Assembly (NCBI GenBank): GCA_025361125.1
Contig: JANYBM010000103.1
Span: forward strand, 15,394 to 79,393
DNA: 64,000 nucleotides
Direction of reading: 5' to 3'
DNA from: Holophagaceae bacterium
GTDB taxonomy: Bacteria; Acidobacteriota; Holophagae; Holophagales; Holophagaceae
Part shown: in pieces, positions 18,459 to 28,012 of the stretch
Layout of the letters: each line of letters begins with the position of its first letter
Position numbering within the stretch: position 1 is the stretch's first letter
Program-made: the position numbers and the translations under genes
Notes under the pieces: generated by a model
Seen by the model: only the letters and a program-made list of their open reading frames with translations
What the model was told of the DNA's origin: nothing
The model's database searches: none

Positions 18459-19520
18459 TCAATAAAGACCTGCCCGCAGCGCGCGGCCCATTTCCCTGGT
18501 GCTGAGTACTCCGCCTAGATCCGCTGTGGCTGCACCTTCTTCAAGGGCTTGCTTGACTGAACCCTCCACGGCTTGGGCTGCTTCACTCCAACCAAGGTGC
18601 CGAAACAGCAATGCCACGCTGAGAATGGACCCCGCCGGGTTGGCGATTCCTTGACCCGCAATGTCCGGCGCCGATCCATGGACCGGCTCGAAAAGCCCCG
18701 AGCAACGAAAGGGGTTGCCCATAAGCGTCGGATCATCGGCGACCGCAAGATTCGCTGAAGCCGCCAACCCCATCCCGCCTTGAAATGCCGCTAATAAATC
18801 GCTGATGAGATCTCCAATGAAGTTGTCCGCGGCAATTACGCCAAAATCCACAGGGCGCTGCACCAAGGCGCAGAGCAAGGCGTCAGCATGCATGGCGTTG
18901 GACTGGACCCCAGGGAATGCTGGCTGCATTTCTCGAAATACGCGCATCCACAGCCCGTGGCCATATTTCAGGACGTTAGCCTTATGTGCCAGCGTCAATG
19001 GAACTCGCAAGCTTTCCGCCCGTTGAAAGGCCGCCCGCAACAGACAAGAAATTGCGATTTCGGTGTGAATGGAAAAGTCCGTGGCTCCCTGTTCGGTGGT
19101 TTCGCCTTGCAGACAGTAAGGCCCTTCAGTGTTTTCCCGGAATATTTCCATATGAATATCAGCTGCTGAAATTCCTTTCAACGGCACATGTTTGTCAAGC
19201 ATGGGCGAGCAGGGGCGGTAATTCACGCGCAGCAGCAGTTCCTTCCGCAGTCGCAGAAGAATATCCTCCGCATGGCGGCCATCGGGGACTCGCGCATCCC
19301 CCACGGCCCCAAAGAGAATCGAGTCAAAATTGTCTCGCAGGTGGATGAAGGTTTCAGTCGAGAGGGTTTCACCCGTGCTCAAATAATGAGCTGCGCCATG
19401 CGGGAAAAGCGCCCATTCAGTCTCCCGGCCAAGGCTTCGGACCCACTCCAAGATCGGCAGCGCTTCGGTCAAAACTTCGGGCCCAATTCCGTCACCAGGG
19501 ATTACTGCGATGCGCACCAT
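18459..19520 (-). CDS. Isocitrate/isopropylmalate dehydrogenase family protein (LeuB- or tartrate dehydrogenase-like)
   Basis: MVRIAVIPGDGIGPEV..., RENTEG, NFIGDLISD and EPVHGSAPDIAGQGIANP are family signatures. Confidence 0.8.
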   Translation of the reverse strand: MVRIAVIPGDGIGPEVLTEALPILEWVRSLGRETEWALFPHGAAHYLSTGETLSTETFIHLRDNFDSILFGAVGDARVPDGRHAEDILLRLRKELLLRVNYRPCSPMLDKHVPLKGISAADIHMEIFRENTEGPYCLQGETTEQGATDFSIHTEIAISCLLRAAFQRAESLRVPLTLAHKANVLKYGHGLWMRVFREMQPAFPGVQSNAMHADALLCALVQRPVDFGVIAADNFIGDLISDLLAAFQGGMGLAASANLAVADDPTLMGNPFRCSGLFEPVHGSAPDIAGQGIANPAGSILSVALLFRHLGWSEAAQAVEGSVKQALEEGAATADLGGVLSTREMGRALRAGLY

Positions 19521-19592
19521 ATCTCGTCCAGAAAGATAGCCATCTTCGCATGAGAGGAAATGCGATACTGAGTATCAGTATTAGGAGACCCT

Positions 19593-20120
19593 ATGCAAAT
19601 CTTCACCGCTTCCATGATTTCCAGCCTGGCGGCATTCACATGTCTCTCGCTATTCGCAGGTGATTCTGGGGATCTCCAAGAAGGTCAGAAGGCCCCGGCA
19701 ATCCAGGCGATGGATCAGAACGGCAAGAACATCCGCCTCTCGGACTACGCGGGCAAGTCCACTGTGGTTCTATATTTTTATCCCAAAGATGACACCCCGG
19801 GTTGTACTAAAGAGGCGTGCACCCTTCGGGATGGGCACTCGGTTCTTCAGGCTGCCGGGGCTGTGGTTCTGGGTGTCAGCAGTGATGATGTCAAGAGTCA
19901 CGCAGCCTTTGCGGCCAAATACCACTTGCCTTTCAGTTTGTTGGCGGACCCGGAGAAGGTCATCATTAATGCTTACGGTGTAAAAATGTTCGGCCTCGGC
20001 CTTGCCAAACGCGTCACTTTCGTCATTGATAGCCAGGGCGTCATCCGTAAGATTTTCCGAGATGTTAAGCCAGCCGGACACGACCAGGAAGTGCTTGCGG
20101 TGGTGAAGAATCTAGGGTGA
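19593..20120 (+). CDS. bcp: Peroxiredoxin (Bcp-type thiol peroxidase) with N-terminal signal sequence
   Basis: Active-site motif YFYPKDDTPGCTKEAC. The hydrophobic N-terminus MQIFTASMISSLAAFTCLSLFAG suggests export. Confidence 0.8.
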   Translation: MQIFTASMISSLAAFTCLSLFAGDSGDLQEGQKAPAIQAMDQNGKNIRLSDYAGKSTVVLYFYPKDDTPGCTKEACTLRDGHSVLQAAGAVVLGVSSDDVKSHAAFAAKYHLPFSLLADPEKVIINAYGVKMFGLGLAKRVTFVIDSQGVIRKIFRDVKPAGHDQEVLAVVKNLG

Positions 20121-20210
20121 GGTCAAAGGTTCGGAATATTTAATAAACCTTGGCTGGAAGGCTGATAGCCTTCGAGATACACTCATTCTTCTAGCGTCGA
20201 GGGTTCAACA

Positions 20211-21584
20211 ATGGTGTTTTTCAATCACGCCACCCGTCAGATGACGGCCAAGATCGTTTACTACGGTCCTGGTTTGTGCGGGAAAACGACCAATCTCAAC
20301 ACCATTTATGGCAAGACATCCACCAAGGCACGCGGTGAGATGGTGAGCCTCAATACCGAAACCGATCGAACCCTTTTCTTTGATCTCCTGCCCATGGATG
20401 TAGGAATGGTGGGCGGTTTCAAGACCAAGCTACAGCTTTATACCGTTCCGGGTCAGGTGTTCTATAACAGCACCAGGAAGCTTGTGTTGAAGGGCGTTGA
20501 CGGCATCGTTTTCGTAGTGGATAGCCAGGTTCCCATGTTGGATGCCAGCAAGGAAAGCCTTCAGAATCTGGAGGAAAACCTTAAGGAACTGGGCCTCAAG
20601 TTGGGTGATATCCCCACTGTTTTCCAGTGGAACAAACGGGACCTGAAAAATATTGTTCCGGTGGAACAGCTTGAGAAGGAGCTGAATCCCCGTGGATTGC
20701 CGAGCTTTCAATCCTGTGCACAGGATGGCACCGGAGTCTTTGAGACGCTTCGAGGCATCACGAAACTGAGCCTCACCCACATCAAAACCCATGTGCTTGG
20801 CGAAACCACGGCGCCTCCTCCGACCGGGTCGGCAAAAGATGTCAAGCATCCGCCCATCAAGATCGTGGTCCCAGATACCATCCCAGTGTCTACCAGGGAC
20901 CCCTCGCTTCCATCCGCTACCGCCCTTACGACCAATGACCTATCCATGATGGAGGAGGATACGGGCTACAAGCCTCAACCCACACCCTCGATTCCAACCA
21001 TGACTCCTCCCGCTTTTCCACCTCTTACTCCTGTGTTTCAGGATGAAAACCCGCTTGATACCAGGCCGGTTAAAGTCATCAGGGATCAACCGGACCATCG
21101 TGATTTAAGCGCCCATCCCCTACCGGATGAAGACGTGGCGGATTTGCCGTCATCCCCAAAAATGGTTGATGCCATCCCCACACCCACACCAGTACCCATG
21201 CCCGCCGCTGCTCCCGCAGCGCACATGCCCTCCGTACCCCACACTCATATACCAGCTCCATGGTCACCCCCCACACAGCCGTTGGTTGAACCCAAGAAAC
21301 ACACCCTTTCCCTGGCACCGATCAAATTCACAGCGCCCGCGCAGAAATCACCGAACCCTAAGGACGCCATCAATTCCCTCCTGGGCGAATTGACCATGGT
21401 CGGCAAACTTGGAAGCCCATCGGTCGTGCGTGTCGATTTGCCTGGTGACATGGATCCAGGTGAAGTCGAAGTCTTTGTCCAGGTGAAGCAAAAGGGCCAG
21501 GTTATTGGGGAAGGCACCTTGAAACGCCCAGCTCCTTCCAAAGGCGTGGCGGCCAAACTCAGCCTTGAACTCAGGCGTCCTTGA
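20211..21584 (+). CDS. MglA-family Ras-like GTPase fused to a ~260-aa proline-rich C-terminal extension
   Basis: Residues 1-195 are collinear with Myxococcus MglA as I remember it: KIVYYGPGLCGKTTNL (P-loop), TETDRTLFFDLLP, LYTVPGQVFY, WNKRDL. Then comes a long P/T/S-rich region and a ~90-aa C-terminal segment. Confidence 0.85.
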   Translation: MVFFNHATRQMTAKIVYYGPGLCGKTTNLNTIYGKTSTKARGEMVSLNTETDRTLFFDLLPMDVGMVGGFKTKLQLYTVPGQVFYNSTRKLVLKGVDGIVFVVDSQVPMLDASKESLQNLEENLKELGLKLGDIPTVFQWNKRDLKNIVPVEQLEKELNPRGLPSFQSCAQDGTGVFETLRGITKLSLTHIKTHVLGETTAPPPTGSAKDVKHPPIKIVVPDTIPVSTRDPSLPSATALTTNDLSMMEEDTGYKPQPTPSIPTMTPPAFPPLTPVFQDENPLDTRPVKVIRDQPDHRDLSAHPLPDEDVADLPSSPKMVDAIPTPTPVPMPAAAPAAHMPSVPHTHIPAPWSPPTQPLVEPKKHTLSLAPIKFTAPAQKSPNPKDAINSLLGELTMVGKLGSPSVVRVDLPGDMDPGEVEVFVQVKQKGQVIGEGTLKRPAPSKGVAAKLSLELRRP

Positions 21585-22188
21585 TCCGGTGCGCCCTTCC
21601 TTTGCGGCTCGATCAGGTCTTCTTATCTGCATGGCTTCGGCCTCTGCCATCGGTACGGAGCTGCCGCCATGGTGGAGTGCGTTTGTAATCGTACCCCGGG
21701 TTCAGGGCACCTTCGTCCAGACTTCTGATAGCGCCGTTTTCGGAAAATTGAAGCGGAAGGGCAATGTTCGCTTAGCCAAGGCTGGTCGGCTTCATGTGGT
21801 TTACGAAGATGGCCTTGAACTCATTGCTGACGGCCAGTCCCTGATCCAATTTGATCCAGATACTCGCACAGCGCAGCGCATGGATCTGCTTTCTGCCGCA
21901 ATGGAAGCCCCGTTGCTTCGCCTGCTTACAGATCCTGCCAAACTCGGGAAAACATTCATCATCGAGTCCTTTGGGAATGATCAAGTCCGCCTGAAACCCC
22001 TGAAAGCGGGTACACCAGAGATTCTCATCGAAGGATCTGGAAAACTCCCCAGGCGGTTGAAATGGGTGGATGCATCGGGGGCTGGCCAGGTTTTGGCATT
22101 CGTGGAGGTCCATATACCAGCGAAAGATTTCGCTGCGGGGACCTTCAATTTTCAGGCGCCCAAAGGCACAAGATGGTTGGGGAAATAG
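21565..22188 (+). CDS. LolA-like outer-membrane lipoprotein carrier family protein
   Basis: Signal-like N-terminus. VQGTFVQT..., ...LIADGQSLIQFDPDT... and the C-terminal FNFQAPKGTRW resemble the LolA fold pattern. Overlaps the upstream gene by 20 nt. Confidence 0.5.
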   Translation: MNSGVLDPVRPSFAARSGLLICMASASAIGTELPPWWSAFVIVPRVQGTFVQTSDSAVFGKLKRKGNVRLAKAGRLHVVYEDGLELIADGQSLIQFDPDTRTAQRMDLLSAAMEAPLLRLLTDPAKLGKTFIIESFGNDQVRLKPLKAGTPEILIEGSGKLPRRLKWVDASGAGQVLAFVEVHIPAKDFAAGTFNFQAPKGTRWLGK

Positions 22189-22280
22189 TGGTGGTGAGGC
22201 ATATGCTTCGATAGGGTAGCGGCCTGAACCCAGCACCAAGCGTGCTTGCGGTGAAGCCTTCCTGTCTTAGAACTTGCACC

Positions 22281-23495
22281 TCATAGCATCGCCTCGATTT
22301 CCGCGTCTGTAAGGATGCGGTTGCTGTGTTTGGCGCGATCCAGAATGCGGTTGACCCGATCCTCATTCACATCATGTCCATTCATTTCCAGCCAGTAGAC
22401 GACGTTGCTATGGCCGGCGACGGGTCCGATTTCGATTTCCTGCCTACGGCCCACCATGCTGGCGGGAACGGCGCTGTAGACTGCATCCGCCAGCTGGGCA
22501 TCCCCGCGGTTCAAGGCTTTCACGATGGCGGCGGCATGAACTCCGGTGCCGGTGCGGAAAGCATCACGGCCCAGTACCGGATAGTTGGCGGGAATTTCGA
22601 AGTCGCAAAGTTCCGCCACACGTTCGCCCAAAGCTGGTAGATCTGTGAGATCACCCTGCCAATAGCCCATCAGGATGAGGTTCACCATCAGCTGATCCAA
22701 GGCCACATTCCCACAGCGCTCACCGATCCCAAGAATTGAACCATGGAGGCGATCCGCACCAGCCTCGAACGCCGCAATGGCATTGGCCACGCCAAGACCC
22801 CGGTCATTGTGGCCATGCCAGTCCATTCGAATCTCTTGGCCTTCAATCACTTCTTCCTGGATGAATCGCACGAGATTGCGGACGCCTTCGGGTGTTGAAT
22901 GGCCACAGGTATCAGAAAGGCAAATGCCCTCGGCGCCCTCTTCCAAGGCTGTGCGATAGATGGCCTTCAAGACATCTGGGTTGGCACGGGTTGTATCTTC
23001 CGTGACCATCATCATGGGAATCGCATTCAAGCGGCAAAAAATCGCTGCGCTGCGCACGGTCTTCACCAGAAACGCAACGTCCCAACCTTCCACATCCATG
23101 CGCACTGGGCTTGATCCCAGGAAAGCGCCAACCTCCAGCGGCATGCCCACCTTTTGTTGGATTTCAGCCACATGGATAAGATCAGCTTCCAAGGTCCGCA
23201 CTGCGACATTGGGTGAGATAGGTAGGCGGTGGTCGCGAATTTCCAGCATGAGCGCTTTGACCGCCGCGGAAGCCTTGGACCCTGCTCCCGGCATTCCCAG
23301 GTCGATGCTGTGGATGCCCAGCTTGGATAGCCGGTGCAGCAAGTCTCGTTTAGCCGATATTTCCGGATCCCGCACCGATGGGCTCTGCAACCCATCCCTC
23401 AGAGTTTCGTCAAGCAGCAAGGGCACCCGGTTGTTCAAGAATGCGGGAGCGCCACCCGCACGGTTCCAATCGTGGATGAGCGGGGGCCAATTCAT
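22281..23495 (-). CDS. HMGL-like 2-isopropylmalate/homocitrate/citramalate synthase family protein
   Basis: LLDETLRDGLQSP near the N-terminus and HGHNDRGLGVANAIAAFEAGA metal-binding motifs. At 404 aa it is the short form, lacking the LeuA regulatory domain. Confidence 0.75.
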   Translation of the reverse strand: MNWPPLIHDWNRAGGAPAFLNNRVPLLLDETLRDGLQSPSVRDPEISAKRDLLHRLSKLGIHSIDLGMPGAGSKASAAVKALMLEIRDHRLPISPNVAVRTLEADLIHVAEIQQKVGMPLEVGAFLGSSPVRMDVEGWDVAFLVKTVRSAAIFCRLNAIPMMMVTEDTTRANPDVLKAIYRTALEEGAEGICLSDTCGHSTPEGVRNLVRFIQEEVIEGQEIRMDWHGHNDRGLGVANAIAAFEAGADRLHGSILGIGERCGNVALDQLMVNLILMGYWQGDLTDLPALGERVAELCDFEIPANYPVLGRDAFRTGTGVHAAAIVKALNRGDAQLADAVYSAVPASMVGRRQEIEIGPVAGHSNVVYWLEMNGHDVNEDRVNRILDRAKHSNRILTDAEIEAML

Positions 23496-24316
23496 GGGTT
23501 CAACTTACCGGGTTTGCGCGGTTCCGCGATCCAGGCCACGAGAATCGAAATGAAGTAAAGGCCCAACAGTACAACGCTGAAGAATACGGTCGTGAGTATG
23601 ACGTCGCCGGGTGTGAAAAACGCGCTGAAAATGAGGATGATTATGGTGGCATGGCGCCAGTACTTGATCATCCAGCGGGCCGTGACGATGCGGAATCGCG
23701 CCAGGAAGTAAAACAGCACTGGCAACTCGAACATGATGCCTGTGATGAGTACTGTGCTGATGAACAAGTCTAGATAATCAGCGACATGGAGATTGGCCCG
23801 CAGCCCCGCCTGGGCGGCCTCCTGAAACAGGATGTCTCCCAGGAATTTGAAAGCCTGGTAGTAGGCGAACACTGCGCCGCCAATGAAACAACCGCTGGTG
23901 GCCACCACGAAGGGAATCGCCAATCGTTTCTCGCGGTCGTACAGACCAGGTCGAATGAAAGCCCAAACCTGATAGAAAAGGAATGGAGCCGCCAGGAAAG
24001 CCGCTGCCCACAAGGAGAGCCGCATCAGCGAGATGAAGGGTTCAGTCAGATCCGTGAACGCGAACGGTGAATTCAGACCGGTCAATTCAGCCACCGGACG
24101 ATGCAACTGCCTCGCCATGGCATCCAAAAAAGGTTTTTGAGCCCACTCCAGCAATTTGAAACGCAATGGGGGAATGTCGTGGTAGCCGAAGGGGAAACCA
24201 TAAGTGAACGCAAAGGCGGCGACCACGATGATCAATGAGCGCACGATGCGCATCCGCAATTCCTGCAGATGCTCCCAAAAGCTCATGTGATTGGGTGGAG
24301 TTTCAGGCGAGGCCAC
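23492..24316 (-). CDS. tatC: Twin-arginine translocase subunit TatC
   Basis: MSFWEHLQELRMRIVRSLI... and six predicted TM helices with the typical TatC pattern (...FTPGDV...). Confidence 0.9.
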   Translation of the reverse strand: MASPETPPNHMSFWEHLQELRMRIVRSLIIVVAAFAFTYGFPFGYHDIPPLRFKLLEWAQKPFLDAMARQLHRPVAELTGLNSPFAFTDLTEPFISLMRLSLWAAAFLAAPFLFYQVWAFIRPGLYDREKRLAIPFVVATSGCFIGGAVFAYYQAFKFLGDILFQEAAQAGLRANLHVADYLDLFISTVLITGIMFELPVLFYFLARFRIVTARWMIKYWRHATIIILIFSAFFTPGDVILTTVFFSVVLLGLYFISILVAWIAEPRKPGKLNP

Positions 24317-24325
24317 TGAGATGGG

Positions 24326-24511
24326 TTATTTCTTCTCAGAGTCAGCGGTCACGTCTTCCTTCACCGCATCCGTAAGCTCTTTACTGGCCTTCTTGAATTC
24401 CTGGATTCCTTTGCCCAGGCTCTTGCCCAATTCCGGCAAGCGCGAAGGGCCGAAGAAAATCAACAACGCGAGGCCAATGAGGAGCATTTCTGTGAGACCG
24501 AGATTGCCCAT
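24326..24511 (-). CDS. tatA: Twin-arginine translocase subunit TatA/E
   Basis: MGNLGLTEMLLIGLALLIFFGPSRLPELGKSLGKGIQEFKKA. GGAGG lies 5 nt upstream of this ATG, so the TTG-extended start at 24523 was rejected. Confidence 0.9.
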   Translation of the reverse strand: MGNLGLTEMLLIGLALLIFFGPSRLPELGKSLGKGIQEFKKASKELTDAVKEDVTADSEKK

Positions 24512-24555
24512 GAGAGCCTCCAATGTGGGTTAGATGTCCGAAACATGGTCTTGGT

Positions 24556-24903
24556 TTAAGAATTCAATTCTGCCACCGATAGTCCGGCGGGCATCGGGAT
24601 TTCCATGAAGAGCAAGGCTTGACCGTGGGTTTTCCCTTGAGCGTCGGTCTTGACACTCTCGCTGCCACCACCACCGAGGGAATCGTGAAGGAGGAAGTTC
24701 AGCGCTCGCAAATTGGGTACTTCAAATCGCTCCACTTCCCCGAAGCAGATCTGGTTGAAATGGCGTTTAACCCGTTCTGTGGTCACCGTTTTCTGGATGA
24801 GGTTGTAGCCTGCATCAGTATAGGCGATGAGGCCGACATTGGAACCATCGCCTTTGTCCCCAGAACGGGAATGGGCTATTTGTCCGAGCTTGATCATGGT
24901 CAT
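24556..24903 (-). CDS. Stand-alone AtuA-like C-terminal (ferredoxin-fold) domain protein
   Basis: IAHSRSGDKGDGSNVGLIAY...VERFEVPNLRALNFLLHDSLGGGGSESVKTDAQGKTHGQALL resembles the C-terminal ~100 aa of AtuA/DUF1446 proteins as I remember them. The start overlaps the ugd stop by 4 nt. Confidence 0.5.
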   Translation of the reverse strand: MTMIKLGQIAHSRSGDKGDGSNVGLIAYTDAGYNLIQKTVTTERVKRHFNQICFGEVERFEVPNLRALNFLLHDSLGGGGSESVKTDAQGKTHGQALLFMEIPMPAGLSVAELNS

Positions 24904-26252
24904 CCGACACTTCTCCTACCAATCGAATGGTAAACCCAGCCCGCGGCTCTCATGGCTTCAGGAAGAAAGAGATTGCGGCCATCAAACATGACCTTGGCCT
25001 TGAGTTTTTGCGCCACAACATTCAGGTCCGCGGCCTTGTATTGGGGCCATTCCGTGGCTATGAGCAATGCATCCGCTCCTTCGCAGCAAGCCATTGCATC
25101 CGTTGCGTAGGTTACCCGGTCTCCAATCTTGGCCTTCACCGCAGGCATGGCTTCGAAATCATGAACAGTTATCGTCGCACCCAAGGACAGCAGGCTATCA
25201 ATCAATTCCAGGCTCATGGATTCCCGAATGTCGTCCGTATGGGCTTTGAAGGCCAGCCCCCAAAGCGCGAAATGATGCCCAGCCAAGGGCGCTGGCACAC
25301 CCCCCACCACGTCATAGTACTTGCGGATTTTCGAAGCCAACACTTGCTTCTGATGGCGATTGGCTTCCACCGTAGCCGAGAGGGCCATCAATGGACGCCC
25401 ATGTTCCCGCCCGGTTTTGAGCAGGGCTTGCAGATCTTTTGGAAAACAGGAGCCACCGAATCCAGGACCGGGATTCAGAAAGGCGGGGCCGATGCGATGG
25501 TCGGCTCCGATGGCTACTTTCACCTGTTCCACATCAGCGCCGATGGATTCGCAAAGCCCTGCGATCTCATTGATGAAACTGATGCGTAGAGCCAGCATGG
25601 CGTTAGCTGCGTACTTGGTGAGTTCAGCGGAGGCTGGATCCATGCGGAACCACTTTCCGCCAGAAAGGCTTAAGAACGGTGCATAAAGCGACTTCATCAC
25701 ACTCTCGGCAAAGTCAGTGGTGCAGCCCAACACCACTCGATCGGGCTTCAGAAAATCCTGAATCGCGCTCCCTTCCCGCAAGAATTCCGGATTGCTCACC
25801 ACTTCAAAGGCTCGATCAGTCCCAGTACCCCCGATCAGGGCAGAGACCCGTGCCGCCGTGCCCACGGGGACGGTGCTTTTATCCACGATGATGAGAGGGT
25901 TGGCGTTTTTTGGCCGAAGGGTCAAGGCGGCACCGATTTCTTCAGCCACTTGAAGGACGAAACGCAAATCGGCGCTCCCGTCTTCGCTTTGGGGCGTTCC
26001 CACGCAAATGAAAGCCGCATCGGCCTCGGCAATGCCATCCTTCAAATCCGAGCTGAAGGTCAAGCTGCCACTGGCCAAATGGCGTTTGAAAATATCATCC
26101 AGCCCCGGCTCGAAAATGGGCACCTCGCCTTTTCGCAACTGCTCGACTTTGGCCGCAGCCACGTCCACGCCCAGCACGGAGTTTCCGGCCTCGGCGAAAC
26201 AAGCGGCCGCCACAAGGCCCACATAACCCGATCCAATGACTACTACTCGCAT
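24900..26252 (-). CDS. ugd: UDP-glucose 6-dehydrogenase
   Basis: MRVVVIGSGYVGLVAAACFAEAGNSVLGVD (Rossmann fold), GGSCFPKD catalytic Cys motif, 450 aa. Confidence 0.9.
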   Translation of the reverse strand: MRVVVIGSGYVGLVAAACFAEAGNSVLGVDVAAAKVEQLRKGEVPIFEPGLDDIFKRHLASGSLTFSSDLKDGIAEADAAFICVGTPQSEDGSADLRFVLQVAEEIGAALTLRPKNANPLIIVDKSTVPVGTAARVSALIGGTGTDRAFEVVSNPEFLREGSAIQDFLKPDRVVLGCTTDFAESVMKSLYAPFLSLSGGKWFRMDPASAELTKYAANAMLALRISFINEIAGLCESIGADVEQVKVAIGADHRIGPAFLNPGPGFGGSCFPKDLQALLKTGREHGRPLMALSATVEANRHQKQVLASKIRKYYDVVGGVPAPLAGHHFALWGLAFKAHTDDIRESMSLELIDSLLSLGATITVHDFEAMPAVKAKIGDRVTYATDAMACCEGADALLIATEWPQYKAADLNVVAQKLKAKVMFDGRNLFLPEAMRAAGWVYHSIGRRSVG

Positions 26253-26453
26253 TCACCCAGTGTACCCGGAGGGCTGTTCACTTGGACTCGGAGTAGGCTT
26301 CAGTCACAATTTTGCAGGCGAGGGTTGAGAGTCAAGCGTTGAAAACCCACAACACACAGGGCAGCGACCAAAGCCAGCCCTACGTGTTCCCAACCTCGAA
26401 TCCCGGTACTAAGGGCTGGCTCTTGCTAAGATAAGGACATCGCTGGAGTTCGC

Positions 26454-27149
26454 ATGTTTGTAATCGGCCTTTGGGAAGGCACTGGGATTAACTTGTGGGA
26501 AGTGGTCCTGCACGGTGGACCCGTGGCCAAGATGGTGCTGTTGCTATTGGTTCTGTTCTCAGTGATTTCCTGGGTCGTGATCATCATGAAAAGCCTGCTT
26601 ATTGCCAGAAGCCGCAGAGCCACTGAATCCTTCCGCGCTGCATTCAGGCGCACCAATGATTGGCGGGAGCTGAAACAGCAAGCAGGTTTCTTCACCATGA
26701 GCCCCCTGCTTGGGCTCTTCAATGCTGGCTATACCGAAGTGACCTATCAGCTGCGAACTCCTGCGGCCGGGGGTCGGGCCTACATCCGCAGCATGGAAGC
26801 AGTAGAGCGCAGTCTTACTCGCGCCTCGGTGGTGGAAATGGGCCGCATGGAACGCCACCTCGGCATTCTGGCCACCATCGCCGCTGTGAGTCCCTTCGTG
26901 GGTTTACTTGGGACTGTGTGGGGTATCATTTACGCTTTTCAGGGCATCGGCGCCACGGGCAACGCCAACCTAGCCACGGTTGCCCCCGGTATTTCCGAAG
27001 CCCTGGTGGCCACTGCCATCGGCCTGTTCGCGGCCATTCCCGCGCTCATGGCCTACAACTTTTTTCAAGGACAGCTCAAGCAGTGGCAGACCGAATTGGA
27101 TGATTTCTCCCTCGAATTCATCAGCCTGTCCGAGCGGAATTTCACGTGA
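26454..27149 (+). CDS. tolQ: MotA/TolQ/ExbB proton-channel family protein (TolQ-like)
   Basis: Three-TM topology and the C-terminal signature LATIAAVSPFVGLLGTVWGII..F...........APGISEALVATAIGLFAAIPA. Confidence 0.8.
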   Translation: MFVIGLWEGTGINLWEVVLHGGPVAKMVLLLLVLFSVISWVVIIMKSLLIARSRRATESFRAAFRRTNDWRELKQQAGFFTMSPLLGLFNAGYTEVTYQLRTPAAGGRAYIRSMEAVERSLTRASVVEMGRMERHLGILATIAAVSPFVGLLGTVWGIIYAFQGIGATGNANLATVAPGISEALVATAIGLFAAIPALMAYNFFQGQLKQWQTELDDFSLEFISLSERNFT

Positions 27150-28012
27150 ACCCCTCTCTGCCCCTTTCCCTGGATTGGGAGGACTGGTTTCAGCTTTGCT
27201 GTCCACCTTTTGACGATCTGCACGCCCTGGATCATTTTGAGGATCGCCTGGAGCGGGCTACGGACCTGGCGCTGCAACTCTGCGCGGAGTTGGGCGCCAA
27301 GGGTACCTGGTTCTGTCTCGCGGATCAGGCCAAGCGCCATCCAGACCTGCTTCGGCGCATCGTCTCAAGCGGACATTGCATTGGGCTTCATGGCCTGACC
27401 CACAGCCGGGCCTTCACCCAGGACCGGACTTCATTCCGCCAATCCTTGGTGCGTGGCAAGGCCATCATTGAGGATCTTTCGGGAGCCCGGGTGTTGGGCT
27501 TCCGCGCCCCGGAATGGAGCCTTAGGAATGATGCCATCGAGTACTGGCAGGAACTCCCGGCGCTTGGGTTCACCTTCGATTCCAGCCGGGCTCCCTTGAA
27601 AATCCTGGGCGATCCAGCTTGGTCCAGGCATCCCTATCGCTTAGCTGAAAATCTTTGGGAATTGCCACCCCCAGTGATGGGTCTTGGCCCGCTGACAGTG
27701 CCGCTCTGGGGATGGGCCATGCGCATACTGCCGGAATTTCTGCTTTCAGCAGAGCTCAAAACGTTGCAGGCAGAAAAAGTGGGCACACCCCTGGTTCTGC
27801 ATCCCTGGGAGTTGGATGAGCAACAGCCCCCGCTTCCCCAGGCGAGCATGGGCCATCGCTTTGCCCATCGCGCTGGGTTGCGGGGCTACGGCTCACGTTT
27901 GAGAAAGCTTTGGTCCGGCTTGAATTTAGTGTCCCTTGAAGCCTGGATTGAAGCCAAGGAGAGCTCTGAAGCCGCCCAGTCGGCGCTCGTATTGCTGGAA
28001 GCACATTCGTGA
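27146..28012 (+). CDS. Polysaccharide deacetylase family protein (DUF3473-type)
   Basis: LSLDWEDWFQ near the N-terminus, then ...GTWFCLADQAKRHPDLLRRIVSSGHCIGLHGLTH... and ...GFRAPEWS... The GTG start overlaps the tolQ stop (GTGA). Confidence 0.6.
   Translation: MNPSLPLSLDWEDWFQLCCPPFDDLHALDHFEDRLERATDLALQLCAELGAKGTWFCLADQAKRHPDLLRRIVSSGHCIGLHGLTHSRAFTQDRTSFRQSLVRGKAIIEDLSGARVLGFRAPEWSLRNDAIEYWQELPALGFTFDSSRAPLKILGDPAWSRHPYRLAENLWELPPPVMGLGPLTVPLWGWAMRILPEFLLSAELKTLQAEKVGTPLVLHPWELDEQQPPLPQASMGHRFAHRAGLRGYGSRLRKLWSGLNLVSLEAWIEAKESSEAAQSALVLLEAHS

Noticed and set aside
20150-20175. Hairpin GAAGGCT-gat-AGCCTTC between bcp and the mglA-like gene as a terminator
   Set aside because: It is a perfect 7-bp stem, but no T-run follows and the loop is only 3 nt. 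That is not enough to call a terminator or regulatory element.
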